Program-made: the position numbers and the translations under genes
Shown: in pieces, positions 40,801 to 53,991 of the stretch
How the letters are laid out: every line of letters begins with the position of its first letter
Position numbering within the stretch: the first letter of the stretch is position 1
Source of the DNA: Vicugna vicugna
Taxonomy: Eukaryota
Reading direction: 5' to 3'
Assembly: GCA_013265495.1 (NCBI GenBank)
Contig: MU058781.1
Span: forward strand, 1,344,963 to 1,408,962
Length of the DNA: 64,000 nucleotides
The notes under the pieces: generated by a model
The model's database searches: none
What the model saw: the letters and a program-made list of their open reading frames with translations, nothing else
Told to the model about the DNA's origin: nothing

Positions 40801-43800
40801 GGGTGGGGATCCTGAAATAGGATTTGGTAGCTGACAAGGCAAACGGAAATTTGATCCCAGCATTAACTCAGTGCCTCAGGAAAAAAATTCTTTTAAGCTA
40901 TATTAGTTAAATTTAGTTTGACCAAACACCTTAGATATAAAAATAAATAAATAAGTAGGTAAATGTGTATATTTCCCCAAGATAGGCTGGATTTTTAAAA
41001 GGTGATGAGTGAGAACAACTCAAGAGAGAGATCAGAGAGATGTGGTCCCAGAGGAAATGAAGGGCCCGGGGCCTTCTGATTTGCAAAAGTTGAGTTGTCA
41101 TGGACAATCCACCAGCAGGGCCACTACTGCACAGAGGCTGGATCATGAGACTCCACCTTCAGTGTGAGGGCTTGTGTTTGGGGTTGTTATTGGCATTTAG
41201 TGGATATAATCTTTGTTTCCATAGAAAAATCATGAGTAGCAAAAGCATAGCATGGAATTGGACCACTTTGAAAAAGAACTCCCCACCCTACTGTTGAAAA
41301 TATTCCCACTTCTAAATGGATGTTAGTATGGAAAAGCAAACGAATTGGACCAAGCTCCTCAAAGACCATCAGACGTATTCTTGAGTTAGAGACAGACAGA
41401 GACAGAGAAAAAGAAGAAAGGGGCTGGGGAGAGAGAGAGGAAGGAAGGAAGGAAGGATGGAAGGATGGAAGAAAGAGAGAGAAAAGGGAAGGGAGGAAGG
41501 AAGAGAAAAATGTAAGTATCCATAAGTATCTGCCATAGAAAAGTCATCTCCCCTGAGCTTCCTTCTTCTCTAACATGGATTTGTCCACTACTATCCTAAG
41601 TGTTGCTCTTTTGTTAAGAAATAAATCTCTCTGTAAAAGCGAAGTTGGTTCAATGCTGTCCTCTCAGGCATCAAAGGCGAAAAAAAATACAGTTTTACAC
41701 ATGAATGACACTTAACGTTTAGTTATAGGGCTCCCAGCTTAAAATCTCTTTTATTCCTTCTTTTCCTTTTCTCAGTCTTGATCCTAAGGAGCAGAATACT
41801 TTTTAAACACAGGACCTTCCCACCTACATGAATTACAGTTTTCCATCCTGACGCCCTTTTTCTCTCCCCAGTCTGCTGGTTACCCTGCTGTCCTCCATGG
41901 GTGACACCGGCCACTTCTGTGGGGAAGGACTTCTCTTCACGATTTGACTGAGAACGTTTCTCATCTATGTCCAGAAGAGCAAAGATGAGTTTGAGCTTTT
42001 GAAGAAAGAAATCATAGACTTCTTCAATCATACAACTGCTCTCTGTTTATAAATACTCCACCTTGGACTAACTCATTCTCACCTTCAGAGAAACAGTTGA
42101 GTAAGCTCTGATCATTAATGGAGTCTTTGGTTCTTAACTCATAGTTAATTTGGCAAATAATGTTTTTAAAGGCAAGCTTCTAGGGGAAACCCCTTACGGG
42201 GTTAACCTTTTTCAGTTTCTCTCCCACGGTAAGTCACAAGGACAGTGTCATAGTAATAATGATAACAATGGGGAAGCTGAGATGGCATACCTGTGCAGCC
42301 ACCAAGTTTAATATAAAAAAAGAATTGTTCATTGAAATTCACAAGGGAAAACATCCCTGAGCACCCTAAGAGGTGATGCAGAGGTGTGAGAACTGTTGCT
42401 ACCTGGTGTGTTCTGTGGTTTCATTCTTCTGAGTTGGGTGGTTGGGTGATGTGAGAAGTCACCTTGGGTTCGTCTGTGGTGGCGGGGGGGGGGTATTTCT
42501 TCTTCTCTCCTTGCATTTTAGATTTGTTTTTTTTACCACGGACCCCTAAGCAATAGGGAAACATGAACTTGTTTCTTCAAAAGCCCAACTTGGACAATCA
42601 AGCAAATTAAAGAACAAATTTCAGTCCTCTCGCCTTAGGACCACTGCCGTCTCTGCACCTGCAACTCAGAGAATGCAGACGCTGGTTGTTGATGTTGTCC
42701 TTTCCGCCTTGTGGATCTCTAGTGAGTTGACCCGGTTTTTATAGCCCTTTTGCCCAAGCAATGAGGATTCTTCCCCTCACTTCACCTCCCCCCGACCCCA
42801 TAACTGAGTGGCTTAGGAGGAGATCTGTAACTGGGATGAAGCAGCTGTTGGCTTCATGCCGTCCTCTAACTTGATTATTCTTTGGACACGTTAGGCAAGC
42901 ATTAGTGATTGATAATGACGCTAATTAACCCCTTTCCTTTCCAAACAGTAAAGTGCCGCCAGCAGGATGCTACAAACAATAAATATAAAACACTGCATAC
43001 ATCAATATCTGTTTAAAGCACAACTTCATTTGGGCACATTTAACCACACTGCTTTCAGTTAACAATTCGCTATTTATTCAAGCACTTCTCCAAAAGCCAG
43101 AGGGGGCAGGCAGAGGAAGAGAGAGGGTTAAGAAAAGGGGCCTGCGGCTTTAAGATCACAAAATGCTGTCATACCTGTCAGCTGCAGCAAAGTTAAGCTC
43201 TAATGGAAACCATGCGTAATTTTTTAAAAAAATTTCAGGTCAATACTTTTAAAAAAACTTAATTAATCCAGCTCTGTTCCTAACCTATTTAAACTTAACA
43301 CAAGGCTGATGACCACATATGAGATTTTTTTCTTTTGGGGGGAGGGTCGGGGTATGGAGGGGGAAGCAGCTCTCCTGCCTGACCTGGAATTATTGTGAAT
43401 TTACTTTTGATTGAGAAAGGAATACTGTTTTGTAAAGAGTGGTAAAATTTAGATTTTAAGCGGGATTTGGGGAAACCAGGGCAAATTTGATCTGACTGTA
43501 AAATCCAACATAACCTGAGTTGTAAAGAAATGTACATTAAATTTGGAATTTTGATAAATGAATATTCCTAGCAAGTGAATAAAATGTATTCAATTAACTA
43601 AAACCCTGTGCACTTCTGAACTGAAGTGGAATCGACTGTAATTGATTTATTTGAAACCAGAGGTTAAGGACTGAATTAGCTAAGTACAACTGGGTATTTC
43701 AAGCCACTGACTTCTCAAATGTCAAATCCCTTCTATTTTAAATATTATTTCAGCTGCGGGGCATTGCAGTCCTGATGGTAGTTCCATCAAGAACTCAAAT

Positions 43801-45763
43801 TGTATTAATATTCGATTTTGGGGAGGAATGGATTGGACTGTGATTTTTAAAGGGTGTTGGAGAATGGAAGGGGTAATGATGACTACCAAACTGGAAGGAG
43901 CTTTGTGTTTCCATAAAAATTGGCTGTGGTGATCAGCACAGCCTAGCAAGCATCCTTGTAATTCAACTATGTATCCTAACCTGAGTTAACTTGACTTGTA
44001 TCCTAACTTGAGATCCAAAGAGAATCACTGTTGTTACTATATAAACACCTGACCTGTCAAGTAATCACCATGTGTTTTAGAAAATACACATTGTTCACAA
44101 CAGAGAAAGCCAAAATCCACATAGCCCTAAAAATCGTTTTTAATAATAACCCTTCTCATCTCCCCCATCCCTTAAAAAATTCATAGCTTTTTAAATGCTT
44201 TTTTTTAAATAAAAAGAAAGTGACAGTATCACAGTCCTCAAAATGTCCACCTACCAGAATAAAAACAACTAATTCTGTGCATTTGGAAACCATTGTTTAT
44301 TATGACCTTGTAATGTTCTAACCCACTATTTCCTTCTATTTTTCTCAGGATGCAAGGATTATATTGGGTTCAGGTTTTCCAACATAACAAGCATCTGTAA
44401 ATCCAGATATGAATGAATGGTATTTAATAAGATTGTTTTCGTTTTAAAATGAGTATTTATGTGTCGTTGGAGAAAGAGCAGCAGTCTATGGCTGTTTATG
44501 AATGCTATTGTGCCTGAGGTTAGGATCCCCCACACAATCTGAGATGCAGCCAAGAAAAACAGCCTTGATAGACAATGCTTCACTTCACCTGCTCCGATGC
44601 TGAGTGCATTTCATTTCTGTCAAGAGTATGTACAGTTAGGGTTCATTCGCCTCATTATTCTGTTACATCTACGTTACAGTTAACCAGTCTCTCTAGGAAA
44701 TAATAAATAACCACTTTAAAAAACAATTGCCGCATTGCGTTCTGAGGATACACTTTCCATTTGAATTAAAAAAAAACCCACCATTGTTATGAATTCTCTG
44801 GCTTTGGAAAATAGAATTTAGACTCCACCAATTCTCGTTCGTCTGTCGAGATTGATTTTACACCGCCTTCCATAAGGAGATTAGAAAGCAAAGCCTGCAA
44901 AATAGATGCTGTCTAATGCTTCCCTTCTTCAGTCCTTCAGAATGTCAAACCAGAAGAACAAATGCCAGATCTCCTCCAGGATGAATACCTAGACACCTTT
45001 CCTGTGACCTTTCCTATACACCTTCCAGTTAATCACCTCCACTTTCTTCTTCAAAACCATTCAAAATCCTCCTCACTTCCAAAGCAAAGACTTGCCAGAT
45101 TGAAAGCTCTGGATTCGCCATTTTTATGTACAAGAAGTCCTTCTTTCTGGAAGAGCCAAGCACTAGGACAGATCTGCGAAGGCTAGATGCAAAACCCTCC
45201 CCCATCCTGTCCGCCCCACCTTAAAGAAGATTTTGTTTTTCTAAAAGGTCCTAGGAGGAGCCCCGGGGTGACAGAAAGGGGTGGCTTGACGTTTAGGGGG
45301 CAAGCAGAAACAAAATGCTGGGAATCTACATAAAGCTCCACTCCCCTCTGCTACCTCAAGAGCTACTAAGAATAGCACGGTAATGAATTTATCTCTAAAT
45401 GAAATATTTAAATAAATGGGAGGCAATTTGCCCTCTCTTTCCCCGCTCCATGTACATTTCTGTCACTCTTCCCAAAAACTAGAGGTAGTTCTAGCTCATT
45501 TACATTGAAAAGCCAGAGCAAGTAAGTGAAATTTGAAGTGGCTCTTTCCTTCGTGGTAATGAACTAACAATTTAAATTTCAGTTATCCTCTGAGACAGAT
45601 TCCAAAGTAGTAGGGGGAGCGGGGTTGACAGGGTGGGGAGAAGGTCCTTCTGTTCTGATCTCCATCTTCCTTGTCATCCTTAATGTTTGGGTCTGAAGGT
45701 TTTATATTTTGGTGTTCAAAACACACATGAAAACCTAAAGGATCAACATAAATAAAATAAAAC

Positions 45764-45769
45764 TTTATT
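45764..45769 (-). terminator. Likely distal polyadenylation signal
   Basis: AATAAA on the minus strand (overlapping an ATTAAA), followed by U/GU-rich sequence (gttttattttatttatgttg...ttttcatgtgtgttttg). Confidence 0.7.
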
Positions 45770-47189
45770 TTTAATAATAAAATTAATGTTTCTAGTAAGG
45801 AAAAGATAGTATGTCATTCCTTTAGCAGTACAAACAATCTTTTATCCAAAAGAATACATTGGGTTTTATTGTGTCATTTGTCTGAATACAGACTCAATGG
45901 AATATCTAAATGATACCCTGCTCTGAACTCCAAGTTGAAAGTAAGTTTTTATTATACTTGAGGGAAACAATGGGTTCAGCTGCTTATTGCAAGGAGCAAT
46001 TGCCAAGGGAGAGTTAAACTCAATTACTGTAACCATACTGAATAAAAAATACTGCCAAGAACAAAAATACGCCTGGGTAAAGACAGCCACTGAATAAAAA
46101 AAAATCGACATAAAGCGTATCAAATATTTATTTATCTGGGCAACAAAGGACTATGATACATTGACAGGCATGGAAACTACTGCCAGCACAACTCAATACA
46201 ATACAACTAGAACAGCTTCCAAAATGGCCAGTGAAAAATACAGAATACCAGGTGGTCCCAAATGTTTGAAGTTCTTTGAACAAAAAGAGAGAGAGAGGGA
46301 GGAAGAAATCCCTAACCCTTGGCTTAAAGACAATACTCATTTATTGCTCAAATGCTGCTTTTAAGGGAGGACAGTGGAATAAAATAAACTTTTTTTTCTC
46401 CCCACAATACGTAGAACGGTTATCAAACCACTCAAGTTAGAAATCTTTCCAGGGTCCAATATCACTTTTTTCTTTCAGTTCAATGAAAAGCTAAATGTAA
46501 TACTAATTATATATAAAATTTTATTTGACTTCTTCTTTTCATTTGTTCAGCTGTTTCATTGTCGTCTTTAACATGCTACAACAGGGCTAAACTCATGAAT
46601 CCCAGAGGGAAAATAAAATCCCCCAAACCTTGGATTCCTAAATAAGCATCATGAACCACATGAAGAAGTAAGAGGGAAGATTCAAAACCCACTAAACAAG
46701 AGGTAAACGAGATCACCAGATAAATTAAAAAAAAAGGCTTAAAACAGACTCACCATATTTACAATTCCCATTAAATTACACATAAATAAATATATACAGA
46801 GACGTGAACACTGATTCCCTTATATAACTGTGAATCGTGTTGCCAGAGAAAGTTCAAGTTGGTGGCTTTACCTTGGAGAGGAAAAACTTCTACAACTGAA
46901 GACGTGACATGGAACTTCGAGTATCTGTGTTCAAGTTTATTCACAATACTGATAAAAATGTCATTGTCCTTTTTGCCTTTTTTTAAAGTATGGCTACAAT
47001 CTGAACTGAAGGATGTAAGGGAAGGTGGTGATTCCGTCCCATGAAGCACATTTTTTTTTAACTTTTACGTTCTTTTTTCTTAAAAAAAAGTTTTAATTTT
47101 TGTTGCTGTTGTTGATTTGTTGTTTAAAAAAAAAAAGGTTCACAAACTCAGACAGAACTTTTCTTTGCTGGCTTCACGGCCTGTTCTGT

Positions 47190-47855
<666 letters not shown>

Positions 47856-48272
47856 TCAGAGTCCACTGAAAGATCTCCTTAAATCCTTCCACGAAGGCCT
47901 CTCTCTCTCTGTCTCTCTGAGGGTCTGTCTCTCTCTCTTTCTCTCCTCTCAGCTGCACCAAACTTCTAACCCCCTCCTTTCTCGCCATCCCAAACATCCC
48001 AGACACAGGAAGACACTTCACACATTAGAAGAGAAATAAAGGTGACTAAGAGGGCCAAAGAGTCAGAAACACAAGTATGTTTCAACAGCTGTCCTGCCCA
48101 GGAGATTACAGAGACCTTCTTCTCCCATCTTCCAGGGAGACCTCGGCAGCGGCTCGGGGGACGGACTCTTCCCTCACTCACCTTCAGATCAGGGGGGATG
48201 TGGACAGAAAGTCAAAATTTTTCCTGGGGTTATTTTGCCTTTAAAAATAAAAGGTACCTCCCAGTGGATAAA

Positions 48273-48420
48273 GGGGGTGGGAAGTGATAAATAGGGGGTT
48301 CGAGATTTGCAGATATTAATTACTATATATGAAATAGATAAACAACAAGTTTCTGCTATATAGCACAGGGAAGATATCCAATATCTTGTAGTCACCTATA
48401 ATGAAAAAGAATCTAAAAAC
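48273..48420 (+). mobile_element. L1 3'-region fragment in TFAP2A intron 6, antisense to the gene
   Basis: gggaagtgataaatagggggttcgagatttgcag...tatagcacagggaagatatccaatatcttgtag; same family as the copy at 24518. Confidence 0.88.
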
Positions 48421-48483
<63 letters not shown>

Positions 48484-48510
48484 GAAGGAAGGAAGGAAGG
48501 AAGAAAGAAA

Positions 48511-48542
<32 letters not shown>

Positions 48543-48581
48543 AATTAAGAAAGAGAAGGAAGGAAGGAAGGAAGAAAGAAA

Positions 48582-48633
<52 letters not shown>

Positions 48634-48686
48634 AAAGAAAAGAGGAAAGGAGGAAAGAAAGGAAGGAAGGAAGGAGGCAAGGAAGA
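48421..48686. repeat. Compound (GAAA)n/(GGAA)n microsatellite
   Basis: ~265 nt almost pure purine tetranucleotide repeats. Confidence 0.97.
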
Positions 48687-49855
48687 ACACACGCATCAAA
48701 AACCTGTTACTTGGGGATAATTCAGAGTGGTTTGGAAAGGAGAAACAGACATGTCAATCTCCCATTCCACCTCTTTTCCCACACACCAAAAAAAAAAAAA
48801 CCACACCCCATATACATTGTCTAGGGAAATTGTGAATATGGGTGTGCTTAGGAAGCTAAGAGGAGAGGAGGAAGTTAGAACACAGGCGGTGAGGCCTACA
48901 CAGGGAAGGCTCTGTCTCTGAGTCTGGGAAGCAAGGACCAGCCAGCCGGGGCCTTCCTGAGGCGGCAGCAGCCTGGGCGGCGGGCACAGGGAGGGGGCGG
49001 ACCGGGTAGGGAAGAAGGAGAATGGGGCGCCCTGGCCGGCTGCCTCCTCCAAGGCCAGCTGATGTCCCCAGGCCAGAAACTGTCCCGTCTGAGGCCTCAG
49101 CCTCTGCCCTCTGGTTCCATGCCCTCCTGTGACATCAACTTTGATAATTAAGGGCTTCCAAACAAGCCTTTTAATTTCCAGAAAACATATCAAAACAGTC
49201 ATTTTCTTTTCACACACCACCTGGAGAAGCCTTTCAGCCCAGGCACTGATGGGAGTGTATGTAACCTGGACCATTTTGAAACCTATTTGACATCTCGCCT
49301 GTGGGCTACAGCTTGTGGGGTAGGTGTGTGTGTGTGTGTGCGCAGCACTTTTGAGAAGGATGAGGAAGGAAGGCCAGACATGGGAGAAGGGATTAGGGTG
49401 GAAAGCAGGGCAGCTTCTGACTTGAACATTTTGCAGGCCACTGCTTAACCCTTGCCCTTGGAGAACACATTGATAAGACACGAATACTGATACAGGCAAG
49501 CCTGCCACTCCTTGAAGAACCTGATTCTGCTCTTTCTGAAACAACACAGACAAATCCACATTCAGCTTCCATCAAAGCCCTACTCTACCCGACCCCCATA
49601 TACGTTAATTTTTTTTTAATGAGAAGTTGGGGCGGAAGAAAGGGAAAAGAGGAAAATGGACACTAGCAATATTGCTTGTATTTCCCCTTTAAAATTGATT
49701 ATGGCTTATAAGACTGTGTTGCAACTTCAATATTTACAACAACAAAGCTGATTAACACAAAAGGAAACGAGGGCAAAAGTGAGAGCAAAAACCATTTCGA
49801 TTTTTGTTTCTCTGTGTCAGTGAGCCGCAGAGACCCCAAAGAGGTAAATGTCTTA

Positions 49856-50074
<219 letters not shown>

Positions 50075-51842
50075 TTATTTTCTTTAACCCAGATGTTGTA
50101 GGAAATACAAACTTTTTTTTTCTCATTTCAGGCATTTTATTTCCTTCTCTGTAGGCTCTGGTGGGTGCATTTCTCAGGGAAAATGGCCACTTATCCTAGG
50201 AGGCCAAGATGATTTGAAAATCTAAAGCTCATTCACTATCCTCCAGTCTCGTCCCCCAACCTGATGACAATTTCCCACCGCCTCTTTTCAAATGCTTCTT
50301 GCGTTCCAACCTCACACCTATCAACACATTCATAAGCGATATTCATAATCACTCCTGGAGCTTTTCTGCAAGGGAACAACTAGGGGTTTACATTTTAACT
50401 TTATCGCGTATAATTATCTGTTCATCCAAACCGATTAACCAAGAGGATTTGAGGGTCACTCCACTGGGTCTGTCTGTGTTGTTGATTTTCGAATCTTTGG
50501 TTTTAATTTCCTGAACCAGTTGGTTTTTACTGCAGGGCTTCCTGCCATTAGCTCCAGCTCCGGAAGAACGCATGCGCCAATTAGGGCATCAAAGCCCTCT
50601 CCGCTGAGCTTGTTTCCATAAAATGGAGCGGATCACAAACAATAACAGTTCTCCAGAAACTGCCTCCCTGCCACAGGACTCAGCCCCCAGACCCATACAC
50701 GCTCTCAACTACACCCAGAGCTGCTACTACCATTTTCTCTGCGTATAATTCTTTGGGGGTCTGCATGGTGAGTCCTCAGTGCACTGGTGTTAATTCTAAT
50801 ATAATGCTACTGTAGACGAGTTTCTGGCACTGAACAGTTGCTTTATTACTTAACAGTTTTGTTAATATCAATCTTTTGACACCATTAACAAATAGTTCGT
50901 AGGATTTCTGTTCTAATGTGTGTTTTTAAACATGTTTTAGTTATTTACAAAGCTAGAACATGAATTCCATTATACTCTGTCTCCTCAAATACAGGATGTA
51001 AATAAGATAAAATGCCTTCTTTAAATATAAATGGTAGTTTTAAAATCTGCCCCATAATTTAAGTGCTGGCTTTTTTTCCTATTGGCAGAAGACATTTCCA
51101 ATAGAACACAAAGAAAATGCAAGAGAACTTTACATTCATTCCAACACAGCCAAACTTACGCCAATTTAGTATCAGAAAAACTTAACAGGGGTCTAGAGGA
51201 AGTGGGAATGTGACTAGATTCTGGTGTATCCAGAACAAGGAGTGAGGACAGGGTTAGCTTTCATTTTGGGGGGTTTAGAAGCCTGTGTCTGTGTGTGTGT
51301 GTCTGTTAAAAGCTGACACGAGAAACTTTCTGCAATGCTTACATTTCTTTTTTCTTTTCCTATCCAAATAACTCAAAGTCCAAAATTGCTCACTTTTCTT
51401 CCTGTCCAGTAGAAAAGCACAATTAAATGAGAGATAAGCGAGCATATGTTTGGAAAACAAAAACCAAAAAGGGTATATAACCCTGAGCTTTCAGGACGGT
51501 CTTAAATCAGGATGCAGGTCAAAGATTCCCAAATTAATTCAGGAAGTAATGGTCACGCATTTCTCAAACGCAGATGTCAGAATAGCTTAAGTGATTTACT
51601 GCTGAGCTCTATACAGGAGGCAGGAACTTGGAGAATATGCAGTTCTTAAATTTTCACATTGTTTAGGTTAGACTTGAGCTAGGGAGGTATAATTTTGTGG
51701 CAGAGGGGAAGAGGAAAGGAGGACAGGAATAAATGCAAATAGTTTTCTGACATGCAAGAATTCCGTTCACTTCCGGCTGTATTTTCTGGAAACAATGAAA
51801 CAGCCCAATTGACACAAAATACAACCAAACGTCTGGCCACTA

Positions 51843-52025
<183 letters not shown>

Positions 52026-53753
52026 TCACAAATAGATGCGAAAAAGGAATTTAGAAAGCATATATGGTTGCTCGGCATCACATTGTAGGCATTTTGACAA
52101 CTTCCTAAAATGTGCTTTTAAAAATTAAGAATCCTGGCCCCGAGATATGGAAGGGAGGAAAACCTAGGAAGGAATTACAATACAGAAAGATCATAGGAGA
52201 TGAATGCTTGTCAAACTGTAAAGCACCCCCTGTGTTCAGTTATTACTGCAACGACTGTGGCAGGTTGCAAGGTTTTGATTTCCCAGCTCTCTAAAGAAGA
52301 ACCACAAACAAACAAACACAGCTCCCATCTCTAGGGTGTGAGGTAGTTTTGCGTTCAGCTGATTACTGTATATTTTCCCTGTTGTTACAATCACATAAAT
52401 CCCAGTGGGGTCTTTAAATTGTCTTTGCAAGATCTGCTGTTAGGTTGTTCAGAGTAACCAAAGTTATCACTCTCACGTTTCTTGCTCTGGCTTTAGCCTC
52501 CATGGGAAATTCATTTCATCAACTGTTTACATGCCATGTCGCCAGCCTAACTGGAAATGTCAAAAGTTGACATCAGCCTTTAAAAATTTTACTGATTTAA
52601 GAGACAATGGAGGTGGTTCTAAACAGATGTCTAAATAGACTCCCATAATCGGAAAGTGGTTAAGATAAATTGTTTAAATAAAACAGCAAATTAATTAATT
52701 TCAGATTTTATTCCCTACTCAAGTGCTCTTTAATTGTGTGGATTAGATTATACTCCCCTAGGTAAACAGTCTCCAATATTGGGGATGGGGGAAGGGTAGG
52801 AAAAGGCAAGAGGGCGGATCCAGATGTGTGTCAGTGAAAGATTACAAAGGGACAGCAAGACGACTGCGAAGGAGGAAGGAAAGAGTTGACTAGCTCATGT
52901 TTAATTCTTCCAAAAACGGTTTTGTAGCCTTTGTACGGGATATACCCTTCAGAGCAGAATTTTGGGTCTATAAACAGATACATGAATAAATGTCAAAAGA
53001 ATGAAGTTTTTGGTCTTTCTTATTAAAAAGAAAAAAGAAAAAATATGATCTGAGAAAGTTTAACACAAGACCCACTATGCACACCGTTGGGTAGAACCCT
53101 AGAAGCAAGGAGCCCACAGGAGGGAAAAACCTATCCTGAGGATTTTCACCTGGCTGACCCTTAGGAAATCTTATCTACGAATTCATCATCCCGACCTCGC
53201 GCGGGTGAGATGAGAACCTTGGCCACGTATGCAACGTGCAATCATGCAGTCGTCCGTAGCAACCACACATAATGCACGCAAACGTGCCTTGCACGCTGCC
53301 TGGCACCCATGGGGCCGACGCACATCGAACCTATTCAAAGGACGGTAGGCTACTGTCGGAGACCCTACACGGAGGTAAAGCAACGTGAGGAGCCTGCGAG
53401 GAAGTTTTCCAGGGCTCGCAAGGTGTGCAGAGAAGAGAAAAGGCGGGTGCGCGGCGCCCCGCGGCTGCGGCGGCCGGCACTGAGCCCGCGGCGGAGTGAG
53501 CTGCGCGTGCGCGCGGGAAGGGGCGGGGGGAGCCGGAGGGCCCGGGGAGCGCGCTGCGACAGCCGATCCGGGCGCGTCCCCGGAACGACGGAGCGCGGGG
53601 GGTAGACGGGCGGAGAGCGCAGGCGCGCGCCGCCTCGCCCCGCCCCCCCAGCTCCCGCCCACCCAGCTCTGCGCTCCTCTCCCCGCCCCTTTCTTTTCCC
53701 GCGAAGGGAGGGCCCTGGCGCGAGGCCGGTTTGCGTCGCCGCCCCGGCGCAGG

Positions 53754-53969
53754 NNNNNNNNNNNNNNNNNNNNNNNNNNNNNNNNNNNNNNNNNNNNNNN
53801 NNNNNNNNNNNNNNNNNNNNNNNNNNNNNNNNNNNNNNNNNNNNNNNNNNNNNNNNNNNNNNNNNNNNNNNNNNNNNNNNNNNNNNNNNNNNNNNNNNNN
53901 NNNNNNNNNNNNNNNNNNNNNNNNNNNNNNNNNNNNNNNNNNNNNNNNNNNNNNNNNNNNNNNNNNNNN
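53754..53969. other. Assembly gap (216 N)
   Basis: Run of N; smaller gaps at 34976-34989 and 61785-61839. Confidence 1.
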
Positions 53970-53991
53970 GACTTGGACAGGGACACTGGGC
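53760..53991 (-). CDS. TFAP2A: TFAP2A exon 4 (mostly inside N gap; 3' boundary inferred)
   Basis: ccgcag|GC CCA GTG TCC CTG TCC AAG TC (GPVSLSK) is visible at 53970-53991. The rest falls in N's 53754-53969. The usual 232-nt exon length fits the gap and keeps frame with exon 5. Confidence 0.85.

Noticed and set aside
41105..41125. Possible CTCF site (ccaccagcagggccac)
   Set aside because: Imperfect match to the core spacing; not supportable without a matrix scan or ChIP.
48316..48835. Lys/Glu/Arg-rich and Phe/Leu/Ser-rich ORFs
   Set aside because: They are translations of the (GAAA)n microsatellite.
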